The position numbers were made by a program, and so were the translations under genes. A stretch of 64,000 bases of DNA from Basidiobolus meristosporus CBS 931.73 (Eukaryota; Fungi; Basidiobolomycota): the NCBI GenBank assembly GCA_002104905.1, contig MCFE01000127.1, forward strand, positions 62,001 to 126,000, in the 5' to 3' direction. Under the pieces are notes generated by a model. That model was not told the origin of the DNA. It worked only from the letters and a program-made list of their open reading frames with translations, and searched no databases. Shown piece by piece: positions 39,710 through 57,138 of the stretch. The first letter of the stretch is position 1; each line of letters starts with the position of its first letter.

Positions 39710-40007
39710 ATGGTAAGCTATCCCTTTACAGTATCCATCCATCAACCATGATGCATATAAGTGGTATTCGATTGGAGTACGGTGATTTTCCATTGAAAGA
39801 ATATCCCTTACTTGCTCATGCTTTACTTGGCCTCCTCTAATTAATTATACCTAGCCTTCCCAAAAGTCTTTCAAGGTCAAGCGCATTCTTGGCAAGAAGC
39901 AAAAGCAAAACAGACCCATCCCCCACTGGATCCGTTTGAGAACTGACAACAAGATCAGATACAATGCCAAGCGCAGACACTGGCGTCGTACCAAGTTGGG
40001 ACTCTAA
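39710..40007 (+). CDS. RPL39: 60S ribosomal protein L39 (eL39, 51 aa)
   Basis: ATG|intron 39713-39854|[50 protein letters not shown]. Below the ORF-track cutoff. Confidence 0.97.
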
Positions 40008-40429
40008 TTTAGTTCATTTAACTATTTGGCTTCTTGGGTTGTGAACATTCTTTGCGCTTATATATATCTTAAAGAATGGGAATAATTTGAGATTCTGGTT
40101 ATCAAACACTAAGATGGTCGTCAAAACAACCATTGATGATATCTAGGGTTTTTAATGCCCAGAAATAAAGTCTTCAAACCTAAGCAAATCCACGTATACT
40201 CTTCTTCAGTAGAGCGAAATTCTGTAATAAAACGGCTGACTGTTCAATACTTGAATTTGATCTTACAAAACCAAATTTACTGGGTTAACTGGGATGTGAT
40301 TTCAATCCATTGCCATCAATTAGATGGCCTAGGTATCCTATATAAAATACTCCTTTATAATGTTTGTGATAGTGTGACTATTCAAGTTTGAAATAATTCC
40401 TTGTGCTTAGCTCATTCACCCTTGAATAA

Positions 40430-43400
40430 ATGGAGCGTGCTGACTTGAAGATTCTGACAGATACTAACTTAACAAATACGTCAAAACAGATAGCCCACTT
40501 CCAATCCGCTCCCGATTCACCTGCCTCGCAAGTTTCTGCTCTTTCAGAGTTAAATTCAGACAATGATTCCACTCTTGTGATAACCACTTCACCAACTCAG
40601 GAAAATTTTCACCAAAATGGAATCTCCGTTGACCATCAAAGCAACGCTAGCACTAGCTCGAACGCTTATATGAATAGTTTTTCTTCTGCTTTTGAATCCG
40701 GAGACTCCCAGAACGAAACTGTACATAGAAAATCATTGTCTGAGAACCAACAGCCACGAACTCCGGCCGAATTTGTCCTGGAGGCGATTTTCACAGAGTT
40801 TGGTAAAACGGCGGAGCGAAAAGTCGGCGAGTTTTTACGGAATGAACAGGTGATGACCCCTTTTTGAGTGTTTTCTGGACCTTAGCTAAGACAATCCTGT
40901 AGCAAAATGAATCGGAATTCGTCAGGCTTTTGTGTAGTGGTGCCGACCAAGCTTTTGACAAACTTTTACTCTCGTTGGGGCTTGTTGCCCGATACCAACC
41001 TAGCCCTGTAATAGAGTCTCTAATACTCTGGGAGCGAAAGGTGAACGAAACGCTGGAAATACCCAGTAAAAAGCGGTCAATGTAAGTGCATGGCATCTAC
41101 TTCCTCAGTAGATAAGGCATATTTCACGTCTCAACGATAGGGCGTTCTAATTTTTCAAACATATTCAAGGAGAGAGGTTACTGCAATGGCTACAGCAAAT
41201 ATGTTAAAGCGCCGGAAAATGGTTAGTATTACAAAGGCATGGCCGACCAATTGTACCTTGCTCTAATGTTGTGCTGATGTTATTGTAGCTTATCACGAAG
41301 TTCATATTATGTCGAGCATTGATAGAGGTGATCAAGCAGTTGAAAGCCGGGTCACTACCAAATGATCTTGGGGTTAGACTTGAAGAAGTTGTATTTCATC
41401 AACTCAAGTCGGCTGAACCGTATGTAACATTTGCTATGAATGCTAAATGGGATACTCGAGCTTACAGAATGTAATACAGTGAGGCTCTGATAAGATCCCC
41501 TGCGTACCGAGCCATAGTCAATCTATATGCAGAGTTAATAGGATGGCTTTCAAATATTCGGTAAGGATTACGTGCCTTTACATTCAACTGGCCGGCTAAT
41601 GTAACGTTAACCTTATTAGGTTTACTTCTATGAGTGATCGATTTATTGCAGAGCTAGAGAAGGAGCCACAGGGCGGAAGAGAGAGCTCATACGAGTTGAT
41701 TATCCGTGGTATGAGATGTCTAAAGCTCAAGGTCAGTCTTATGGCATATCTGCCTTTGGTCATATGTAGATGCTTATCTTTGTCGGCTTTACAGATATAC
41801 CCCGCTGATGCTTTAGAAGAAACTGCTGATTTCCTCCAGAGTTGCGGAAAATTTTTCAAAACTACTCGTAGCATGAAAATAAAACATGCTTATGCGCAGG
41901 TGTTCGTGGAAATGCTCGCTCCTATCGCTGCAGTAAGTAAACAAGAGCCCAAGTTTGTTTTTGGGTTAGAGGGTTAACGAATATGTATAATAGGTTGCTT
42001 TAGCAGAGGTAAACATTCAAGCCTGGATTGAGACAATAGATTGCATATACCCAAAGGCGTTCAAGATGTGTACAAAGCTTCGTCATTGGGATGTAAGGTT
42101 TTTAGCATAAATGCTTCCATTCACCATGTACTTAACATACTGCTTCTGTAGGTAGCTTATCCGTTGATGTCTATTCTTTTATGCGTCAGCCGGAAGGAGT
42201 TCTTTCTATCTAAGTGGTGGGCCTTTCTTGACTCTTGCATACAAAGGTTTAAGGTGAAGTTTGAATCTTCAAATTAAAGTGTATATTGGCATCAATTAAC
42301 ATTTCTACAGGATAAAGGGTCGCGGCAGATGGCATTGACCTGCATTACCCGTTTGATATGGGTTTATCTAAATCGTTGTACTGAAAGCGCAAATAATGTG
42401 TACAAAAAACTAGAATCAATTTTGAAAATCCTTTTCCCCTCCGGACGACGACAAATCAACCCTCCAGACACCTCTCTTGATGACTTTATTCAGATCATCC
42501 ATTATATATGCCTCTGGGACTCAAATAATGTGATGAAGTACATCTCGTCAATACTTATTGGCTACGATGATATCACGGCTTTAGATCTGTCTATTGAAAA
42601 CATCTACCCCGAACGAGCGGTTATTGCAATCAAGGCGTATCTTCTGTTTCTTTCAAGTTTGGAGCGATCTGAATATCGACCCCCATTCCCCAAAGGAGAT
42701 AGCGGATATGTCTCCGATTCGACCTGCTCGTCACAACCTAACACCGACGTTCTTTCAGCGCAAATTTTGAACCGAATTGGCCAGAAAGATTCGCTTGAGC
42801 AGATGAACAAAATCATGGGCAAAGTTGCTACCATCTTGGATCAATCATTTGGCGGTATGCTCTTATGTGACGAGCGCTATCTCAATAATCGAAACACCTC
42901 CGCTACCAATGCTATTGCGGGCGCAGTAGCAAACGCTGCGAAAGAGTTAACCTACGAAGTGCAACAAACCTATGCTCACCTCTCTACGCTGACCGTATCA
43001 TATATGAAAGATAAGCAGCCCTATTTTGACCTGATGAGGGCATATATCGAGGCAGCACCCAGATGTATGCCGGCTGGGATATCACTTCAAGCATTCATCG
43101 AAATGCTTTGTCGGTATACAGTTCATGTAGATCCCAACCTTGGTCGAGCCTCCAATGAAGCCTTAATACGCATTGCTAAGCAATGTGATGCATTGAAAGT
43201 AGTAGCAACGTTCTCCAGGTTTATAACGAAGATAGAAGATCGATTCGCGGAATTGCTAACGTGTGGGCTTTGTCAAAACAACAAGGAATCAGGTGCAATT
43301 CTATTAAATCTATATGTGCAATTACTCAAAGTTTGGCAAGGTGATATCGAACTTCTATTTGGCCAGCAGAAGGCGGAAGAAGCTGACAATAGCAAATACA

Positions 43401-46400
43401 ATCAAGTGTGGAATTTGATTGCGGAGACCGAATCGAATGGGTTGTTCTACTTGTGTAGTCAATCACCACTAATTCGAAAGTACGCTATCGAGATTTTAAG
43501 ACTTTCAGCTTCATTTGATAAAATGATGAGCCTGGGTGAAAACTCTGCGACTAGTGGCGATACAGATTATCTGCTTCAGAATCAGCAGGCGCAAGTTCAC
43601 ATCATCGATATCCTTGAAAACGAAGGCCACAATATTGTAAAAACCTTTGGGCGAGGACGAAATCTCACCAGCACTTTGCAGGTCACTGAGCAAGTTCGTA
43701 AACAACACCAGCAAGAGTCTACGAAGAATATTTTGATATCTATCGCTTCACAAAATGCTTCCGAAGATATGGCAATATGGGCTCGGTGTTTCCCTGCATT
43801 AATTACGAAGTGCTATGACCAATGCCCTATAATTGTTGCGCTCACACAAAATATCATATGCTCTAGATTACTCTCTATGCAAACCCTTGTGATACACACT
43901 GCCGAAGCTCACACCAAGCCGACTAATGTAAACAATTCTAGTAGACCGAGCTTACCGAGTCTTCCTAGTAGATGGACATCGAAGGCTGTGCGAGTTAATG
44001 ACAAATATATTGAGCAATGGAAGATATACCTAATATTCACGTGTTTGACCATTGCCATGGCTGACGACTATACGCAAATCAATACTATCGTCCGAAGAAA
44101 ACGTTCAGCCTTCGCCAGTATCGAGAAGATTTCTTCAGCCCGTGATCTCTTCAGAATGGTACTACCATTTCTTTCATCCGACCAAACACTGATACGAGAA
44201 GCAGTTGTCACGGCATTGGGCCACATCAACGGCAATGCGTATCGCGTATTGTTAGAAGACCTCCAGCAGTTTGCAAAGAGCGTTTTCGAAGATCCAAAAA
44301 GCAAGAACAACCAGAAACCAGGCCAAAACAAGCGTAACAAACGAAACGATCGTTTGCGTACCGAAATAGCCCATGTTTATCAACAGACTTCCCACTATCT
44401 ACAAGACACCAACCATTTGCATGATGAGTTTGTCATGGACGCCATTGTCGGTTTTGTGAAAGAGTGCAAGTCATTTCTTTACGATCCTGAAGTTCAGACT
44501 GATTGGGAATTCCAAAAACTCCGGGAGTATTTTTGCGGATTAGTGGAGAAAGTTTACAACAGTATTATACTTCTTAGCGAGTCGACTAGGTATATTTCCT
44601 TCGAACTAAGAATCTCTTTGTTCAAAATGCTTGAGGATTGGTGCGGCCATGGCCAACATAGCTCTACTACACGAGATCGCGAGGCAAAAATGATGTTGAC
44701 CGTACTGGATCAATACAAGGATTTCCGGGAGCGTGGTGCGATGACTACCATTATGGAAGAGGAGCGAAAAGGGCTAGAAAGTGCGGCACTGAAAGCGATG
44801 GCAGCTCTATGCGTCAGTAGTAAATTCACACATGTGTTTCGCACAGGATTCTAATTTTCATGTTTAGAAAGGGCCTATTACTACCTCGATTAGCCGTACC
44901 AGATCTAAAAAAGGAGTTGCATCCTTCGATGTAGTGGCTCTGTTTCGATGGATTAATTCTGTTTTTAATAGCCCAGACGGCGGGGTTCATCATATTGCCA
45001 AGTATGTATTGATCTACTGAATGTGTGGCCATTTCTTAGTGTTAATCGGAATTTTCCTTTAGGTCAGCTTTAGAATCGCTGCTGGTTCATAATCAGAAGC
45101 ATCCGCTGCTTTTAGAAGATGTCGTGCATGAATGCTACATAGGTAATCCGAACCTAAAATCTACTCAAGGTTGCTTTTCGGTTCTTGCAGACGTACTGGC
45201 ACAGACAGACAGCTATCCTTATTATCCTTATAAGATTATCTGCCTTGCTCTTTTCAAAATTGCCGATCCTAATGTAGAGATCAGACTTCATGCAATCAAA
45301 CTCTTGTGTTCAGTGGAAACCCGATTTGATTTAGTTCGCTGCGCACGAGATTTTGAGAACACGATTGAAAGTCATCTGCCTACTATCTACAAACAAGCCC
45401 AGTCAGCGCTCTCGGGGAAATTAGCGCGAGACCACCCAGAATTAACGTACGAGCTACTATCCGAATTGGTCATGCGGTTTGAGTCGGTGAATGCAAATGT
45501 GAAGAGGGATACGTTGCTCATTTTAATTCCGTGGATTCGAAATGTCACTCTTGAGTTTTTCAGTGATGGATCAATATCAGGGCTCTCGATCATGGTATTG
45601 ACTAATCTGTTCTATATAACCATTAAGCATGGAGACGTATATTTCAAAGAAATAGAAACGATATGGGCGGAACTTGTCACTGGCAGTAATACACAGAATA
45701 TGAAGGTGATCCTTACGTACCTATTGGACCTCGGACTAGAAAAACGAAATCCAGGCTTCGTTGTGCACGCTAAAAAGATCATCATCTTTCTCGGTAGAAC
45801 GTCAGCCGCTACTAACATGATTAATGAATTCATCGCAACTATCGTGCCAGAGACATTGATCCCGCACTTTGTCTCATCTCCCAACCATCAAACTCGTAAG
45901 AAATCTTCTTACTTGTTTGTTGCCAATATCGATGATGTTCTGGTTCTCTATCCTAAACGTCCTGCGTTTTCCAAGGGGCAGTTGGCAATCATTCTATTAA
46001 CTGATCTTGCTATCGAAGTTGAAGGCCTACTCAAGCCCCATCTACCGATTCTATTACATGCCGCTTGTGCTCACCTGAATCATTTTATTACTCTTGTGAG
46101 CGAACAAACAAGACAATTAATGATTAATCTGATTCATTCCATCATTATCGACAAGTCCAATAACCAGGCTACAATAGACAAAGCCATCAATTTCTGCCTG
46201 AAGCTGAAGACCTCCCCACTTCAAGAAAGACAAGAGCTAAAACCGGTGGATATCTCAGAAGTAGTGAGCGAGCTGACGGAAATCTTAGTTGAAGAGGATT
46301 TCCAGATTCGTCAGAAATGGGGTATGATATCGCTCAACTGGGCCACCTGTTGCCCAGTGCGCAACATCGCATGTATTTCTTTTCAAATCTTTAGATATTT

Positions 46401-47775
46401 GATGCCGTCCATGGATATGACCATGTTAGCCGACATGCTTGCCCGTCTTAGCAACACCGTTTCGGACACTTCAGACGAGATCCAAAGCTTCTGCCTTGAA
46501 ATCCTCTATACTCTTCGAAAAATCGTTGACAATGCTGAGGTCTATTCCTCACCCCAATTACCGCACATATTTTGGGCCGCCATGGCGTGTCTCTGCACTA
46601 TCAATGAAGACGAGTATTCTGAAGCGCTAGGGATCTTTGATCGAATGATAGAGAATATGAGCGAAAACGATCGCCACTGGACGCAATCATTAGAAAGCAG
46701 GTTCCCCGAAGAATGGGATGGTCAATTCCCAGGGTTGCAAACCCTACTGCTGAAAGGCTTAATATCGTCGAAAGTTCAGCCACAGGCTTTGTCTCTCATT
46801 AATAGACTTATCACATTCGACGACTGTTGGTTGATTGACCCATCCGAAGGAAGAATGCTATTTGCGATCTTGGCAAATTTACCCATTATTATGGACGCAC
46901 TAGACCAACACACCAACAATCCATATCTCGAAATCACAAACCTACTTGCTACGAAAGCCAACGCATGCGGGTTGGAGAGTATTGGCAGGGTCTTATTGAT
47001 GTATGGACGAAAGCGGTATCGTGCTAAAGAAGATTACTTACGTCAGATGTTTGGAGTTCTGAAGGATGCATATTTCCCCAAGTATGCCTCGGATGCGATG
47101 AAATTTCTGCTGGAGCTGCTCCCAAATCAGAATGACGCGATTAAGAGGAACACGTTGAAAATCCTCAAAGTGGCTTTTCCTTATGTTGACTTCCTAGATC
47201 CGGTTGGAGGTACCGAGGAGGATAGCTTCGTACTTCTAGCGCCTCTGTTACGATTGCTTCAAACCGAGTTTGCGGAGGAGGCTTTTGCTGTCTTGGAAGA
47301 GGCGATGCACACCTCATCAACGGCAAGCACCTCCAAGACCAGCCAGGCGAGCAAAGTGACCACAGGGCATGTCATCTCCTCACTGCCATTCTCCTCTAAC
47401 GGGCAAGAACGGTTCACCTTTGCTGTCGACCACGCTTCTGGATGGTGGATTCGATACCCGTTGTATACAGCTAAACAAACTCGAGCAAACGTGATAGCAG
47501 TGGTTCACGCCTGTGCTTTGGAATGTGTCGACAAAGTTCCGTACTTTTCCCATTTTCAGTTTTCTGTCCAAGATCACTCAGAGGACTTTACATCCGCAAG
47601 CGCAATGATTGAGAATGCGGAACTCTCAGCAGATAACGTTGATCACGAAAAAGTTGTGCTTGGAGACGATGAACACGAACGTCAATACCAAGCTATGATT
47701 GAAACGCTAGACGAGCTGGATATCTTCTTCGAACAAGAAATCCAGAAGGATGACGATGAAATATCACCTGATTAA
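40430..47775 (+). CDS. TAO3: Cell morphogenesis scaffold Tao3/Pag1/Mor2 (Furry family)
   Basis: TPAEFVLEAIFTEFGKTAERKV, FILCRALIEV, RFTSMSDRFIAELEK, IIRGMRCLKLK|IYP, YPLMSILLCVS, WGMISLNWATCCPVRNIACISFQIFR. About 10 GT-AG introns keep the frame. Confidence 0.92.
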
Positions 47776-49156
47776 ACTTGAAGCCTTGTGCAGCGAGTAA
47801 AAGTATAGCGAAACGATACCCAAGCCCGCCAAATAGAGGACATTGATTTCTTTTGTATCAAACGGTTCCATCAACTAGCATTCACGCAATTGGAGCCAGG
47901 ACAATCAGTAATATAGCAGTCAAGAGAATGGTAGATAGATATAAATAAATGAAGGACCCCGATTTTTTTACGAAGATTGATTAAAATCTTTTCTAATAAA
48001 CCCATGAATGAAGTGAAAACATCTCTTGTGCATACCTTTTGACAACTTCCCGGAGTCTTCCGTTGTTGATGGTGACAACGAGGAGTATGAAATACATGGA
48101 CTCCACTGGGACAAGCTTGAGACTCATTAATTGGCGTATAAGCATATTATGGTGGAAAAAAGGTTGCTCCTTTGCTTCGGTAACAATCAAATATTGGCAA
48201 TATTCGGTGGTACAGAGAAGGATTTTTGATCAAGAACAACTACGGTTAATTCACATTATCGCTTTGAGCTGCTCGGGATAGTCGATATTCTGTGATGCCC
48301 TGAGATCGATATCCACCATTATCAGTAATTAAGAGACCTCTGAGGTTGTCTTACGCCTTGGAGTCGGGCAAAGGAACGAGTTCCTAAGTCAGTGTTATTT
48401 TGCAGTCAAATCTGTTGACGGAGATGGTAGTCTTTTAGTTGTTAATGCTTTTGTTGTACTGAATATGCGATAAGTGTAAGTATTAGTAAGGTTACACTCG
48501 CGGGATGCTTTGCAAGATCCAGTTATAGGGTAAAGATAGTAGTTGAACATTTTTAATAGCAAAATAGCACAAATCACGCCCTCAATTGGATTGACTTGGA
48601 TAGCTGGTGACAAAAAATGATGCCATATTCCTCTTCGTCTCTCAGAAGAGATAAGATCAACAGCGTATTGCAAACCTTGGCACATAAAGCATAGAACGAA
48701 TCGAAGGAACGCGGGTCAACCATGCTCCTGAAATGCATAGTGGTGAATTTCTCAGTGGAAGCGTTCAAGCTGTGAGAAAGCGGTACTTAACATCTCCAAT
48801 ATGTTCAAAGATATGTTTTGGATCGTGGTTCGAGGTGTACAAAAACTAGAATTACTGCAGACAAGCTTTGCTGGAATGTAGTTGAAGCGTTAATAAGTTG
48901 TGGATCGATCCCCAAGTGTGGTAGCGGAAACGCTTCGTCATTTGGTGTTTGAAGAGTCTTCGCTCGCCATGGATTTTTCGGAATGAGAACCATGTTTGTA
49001 CTATTTAACACTAAGCCTGCTGGACTGTCAAAATGCTGGATGGACACGTGCATATACACAGTTTTGATGTATTGGGATTAATTTTATTCCCAGATAAGCA
49101 ACTCTTTCTACTAAACATAGAGCACTTCATACACTTGACTCTACCTTTCGCACAAA

Positions 49157-49884
49157 ATGACTCAATACAAGCCGAACTATGAGACTGTCTTTGAAGGTAT
49201 CTTGCGCAACATCATGTGTTTGTCTTTAGTTTTCTCTAACTGTTCGTAGCCTGAACCTGATAACTTTATATTCTTTAGATGCGGTACACGTATTCGATAC
49301 CATATTTCATCACCCCAAGGAAAATCTCGAACGAGAAACCTCTTTTATTGTAGACGAATTTGAGGTTAGTGTGAAAAGTTCGTCGGCGGGCCTTATCTTT
49401 GCTCATTTTTTTCCAACTCAAGACTATACGTCAAGATAGAGAACCCGAAAATCTAAAGAGATCTCTGGAGAGCTTGAAAGCTGCGCAAGAAGAACTCAAG
49501 AGTCTTCGAGTTGATGCCGACACTAAGCTGGAAGAGCATCGAAAGAATGGTACTCTTTTCACGTCGATTCTCGACCAAGGATTCGAACTAACTATCCAAT
49601 AGTAAAAGAAATCTCTGAAAATTTGTACACCTTAAAATCCGCTGTCGATGTTGCAGAGGTAAGAAGGGCGGCATTCTCAAATATGAGCTAGTTCTAATTT
49701 AGGCCAACTATAGAATACTCGACGGAGCAAAAGTCAGCGAGTCCAACAAAAAGAAGCATTATTGCTTGAGCTTGAGCAAAAGCGACAACAACTGGACTTG
49801 GATTTGAAGTCGGAGTACAAGACTGTACTTGCCCAACATTCTGAACTGATTGCCCAAAGTTGGCAACAAAACATGGAATTATGA
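49157..49884 (+). CDS. Coiled-coil protein of about 160 aa, resembling BLOC-1 subunit 5 (Muted/BLOC1S5)
   Basis: Five exons with GT-AG introns keep one frame: MTQYKPNYETVFE|DAVHVFDTIFHHPKENLERETSFIVDEFE|TIRQDREPENLKRSLESL...|...ELEQKRQQLDLDLKSEYK. The gene model is solid; the family call rests on recalled similarity only. Confidence 0.6.
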
Positions 49885-50222
49885 TAAATTTCTTGACTTT
49901 AGTTGATATATTTCCAATATGCGAAGTTGTTGATTGTTGTATTTCTTGGCACTGACATGGATTCAGCATGAGTACTGAAACTAGCAACAGTATCTTGGTT
50001 ATGTTCAATACAGATTACAATAAGAATTGCATAGTACAAACAAACATTCTTATTGGATTCCGCTTTATCTTATCAAGTTTATTTTAGCAGTTTACAGAAA
50101 TTGCTTGCCTTAAGGCAGTCGGTAGGCACGTGATTAATTGATTGGCATAGAGAGGTATATCTATCGATGACTCGTTCATTATTTTCAGATATTGAACTAC
50201 TGAGCTTTCAAGCAGACAAGTA

Positions 50223-52505
50223 ATGAGTGAAAGTACTTCACTTCGACATAGAGAGCTTCAAGATGAGGTTCATATGGTCGAGGATAGTGGCTCGTCAAGA
50301 GCTACCAAAAAGAAAATAGAATTACCACCTAGTCCCTCGCGGTGGTTTACTAAAGAATTCTACTTCTATTATTTCTTGTATATTGTATTTGCTCCTTATA
50401 TTCTTAAGGTCGCTTATGACTTCAGCTCAGGTATTTTTGGTGTGCCACCTGGTTCAACATTCCCTCAACTAAACTTGCTCATCACTATCGTGTAGAATCC
50501 CATCCTAATTATAAACTTTACTCCGACAAACTATCTGATGGTTGGTTGTTTGGTAGAAAAGTGGTATGTCAGCATCGAAAACGGCGAAAAATATTGATGA
50601 TATGGCTTCTAAGACTACAACCCTTATAGGACAATAGCGATTCTCAGTTTTCGGCAATACGAGATAATTATCAATACATTGGTTTATCTATGATGCTATA
50701 CCTAGTACTAAGCCAAGTCCTGGGGCGCATATACGACCAGAGAAGCGTGAAGCCTTACGACCGAGTCACTCCTCGAATTTTCTTCATCTTGGGATTCGCC
50801 CTGTTGTTTCTCGCCTTTGTATATGGCCTAAATGCCCTGAAAATCCTCAGCATCATATCTGTCAACTATTGGATAGCTAAAAGCTTCAAAAAAAGCCGAC
50901 TGAACCCAGTACTTACCTGGGTTTTTAACATGGCAATTCTATTTGCAAATGAAAAATACAGCGGATACCGCTATAGTATGATTAGCAACAAGTTGGCGTT
51001 CATGGTAATTTATCATCACTGCTCCCTTAAATCTCTACAGGCCGAGGCTAAGCAAGTTGTTCACTGTCCTAGGATGAATACTCTGGGCTCGTTCAGCATT
51101 GGTATGTGCTGTTCAATATCTCCATGCTTCGAATGGTTTCATTCAACATGGATTATTATTGGAGTCTATCCGATTCGTCACGAGCTTCTCTCTTACCTTC
51201 AGTAAGCATGTTTATTTTTACTTACCATATCGCAATATGCCATCTCATTAGAAGCTACAGAAGGAGAAGACGGCCGTCGAACCTACAAATGAGAAGGAGA
51301 GAGTCAATACTCCGTGCTCACCGTCAGATTACAATTACATTTACTATCTAGCGTATATTCTGTACACGCCATTGTTCCTAGCTGGCCCTATTATCACCTT
51401 CAACAATTTCATCTCGCAGGTAGTCTTCGATGCAATACTAATTAACAGTGAGCGTACACAAACTGATATTTTTGTGCCAACAGCTACGCTTTCCCTCCAA
51501 GGCGCTTTCCATCAGAAACACCATCATCTACGGACTTCGCGTTCTCGCCTCTATTCTGTTGATGGAAATCTTATTGCACTGCTTCTATGTGGTTTCTATC
51601 AGCAAAGCTAAAGCGTGGAGCGGATTTAGTCCTCTAGAAATGGGGATGGTTGGATACCTCAATCTAAAATTAATCTGGCTCAAGGTTGGATTGTTACGAT
51701 TTCATGGCTGTCTAGATTTCATGAACCTCAAGGTTATTTCTTCAGCTATTCATCATATGGCGCCTCTTCAGATTCTGGGCAATGGCAGATGGAATCGAAA
51801 CTCAAGAAAACATGCTACGCTGTATGAGCAATAATTATTCGGCGCTAGGATTCTGGAGAAGTTGGCATAGAAGTTACAACAGGTGGCTTATTAGGTAAGT
51901 TACGATGCATGATCTACAACTTGGATAGGTGTTAACAAGCAAAATCAGATATATTTATGTTCCTTTAGGAGGAACTAAGTACCAGATTTACAATATTGGC
52001 ATCGTCTTCACTTTCGTCGCATTGTGGCATGATATTTCCATGAATTTACTTGCCTGGGCCTGGCTTATTACTTTGTTCATTTTGCCCGAAATTGTTTGCA
52101 CTGCTCTATTTGCCAAGCCAAAGGTAGTTCCTATAGGTCCGTAATGTAATTAGTAGTTAGTTGACATTGCCTTCGAATAGTTCCAAGTCAAACCGTGGTA
52201 CCGGCATTTTGCTGCTGCTGGTGCAGTCGGAAATATTTTACTTATGATGACCGCAAACCTGGTTGGCTTTGCCGTTGGATTAGAGGGGGTACAGGAGATG
52301 ATAACCAGAATATTTGGAATAGATGGTAGAGTATATTCAAGCCATCCCTATCTGACCGATACATGGAGCTAACCGAGCCACCTCTTCATATACAGGCATT
52401 CTCTTCCTCAGTACGACGTTTTTGTGCATCTTTGCTACAGTTCAAATGATGTTCGAGATTCGTGAACACGAGCGTCGTAAACACGGCCATTATCTTAATT
52501 ATTAA
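50223..52505 (+). CDS. GUP1: GUP1/HHAT-like MBOAT acyltransferase
   Basis: [19 protein letters not shown]|[70 protein letters not shown], and catalytic His in FVALWHD. Confidence 0.94.
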
Positions 52506-53089
52506 GCACTCGAGATTAAAATGAAATCTTGACTAGTGAAATGTTTTCTTGTACATTTGTCATTCTGAATCTTCAGACATTAGTACTCATCCTACGAAAA
52601 TAAATGTCTTGTTATTTACTTCTGAGAGATATTAGATGCTGGTGACAGAGAACCTTAATAAAACATTACCCGCTGAACTGTATACTTTCCAAGAATCTCG
52701 ATTGTGTGCATGACTGAATTATTTCTAGCCAACTCTTTAGAATGGTTTGTGAACATTTGGATGGCCAATTTATGCATGATACTGTTTATATTTAACATAT
52801 GTATTATTGTTGGTAGCATGAGTGAAACGGCTGGGTTTTAAATGCCGCAACATTTATGCAGTTTGTAAATAAAGCAACACACACCAAAAACGGAATGCTT
52901 TCACTCATATACCTGCTCGGATGTGATCAGTATCCTTTCAACTTAGACTCGAATTTTATCACATCGGCAGTCTTTTCTTTGAAGCATTCAATTTGTATTT
53001 AGCACTAAGCGATCTGTGGTGCCATAGAGAAGGTAACAAGAGACCGCGCGACTGGTTTTATTCCAACTAATTGTTTGTGTGTGTCCAGT

Positions 53090-56676
<3,587 letters not shown>

Positions 56677-57138
56677 GTCGTAAGCACTACTTTAATCTTT
56701 AATTTCCTTGGTTCAAAATAATTGGCGTGGATGGGATGAAACGTTCAAAAATGAAACAATGAGTATATACGGAGTCAAACCTAAACGAAATGGAACAAAC
56801 AAACATATTTTAAAGTGCTTTTGGGCGGTTCAGGGAAATTTACAAGCTAAACCAAATTTAAACATGAGGATAAATATGTAATAAACAGCAGATTTCGGGC
56901 TTTTTGGATGCAAGGTGGAACGAGTATAGAATGCCCTTCTGCCTAGATAATTTAAACAGCTAGAGAGCGGTACGTGACCACTCCCGTCAAATGATGCATA
57001 TATGTACATCCACTTCGTAGAATATTGGACAGAAAACAAGACAAGTAGTTTACGACGAAAGGTATACCTTTACCCCAGAGTTCCCCAGCCAAACCAAAAG
57101 GAATACCTCGGCTGCGCTCCGCCTATATATGATAGTTC

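Noticed and set aside
49713-49760. Apparent frameshift at an A5 run in the last exon of the Muted-like gene
   Set aside because: Using the CTATAG acceptor (about 49713) instead of the upstream TTTAG gives an open frame to the stop at 49884.
13890-52505. Two MBOAT genes plus TauD and a reductase-like gene as a possible metabolic cluster
   Set aside because: They are separated by tens of kb of unrelated housekeeping genes, and there is no backbone synthase or shared pathway.
52931-52941. GTATCCTTT U12-like donor upstream of DPP-IV
   Set aside because: Intergenic, with no CCTTRAC branch site or suitable acceptor. Similar GTATCCTT hits near 416-423 (minus) and inside coding exons also have no intron context.
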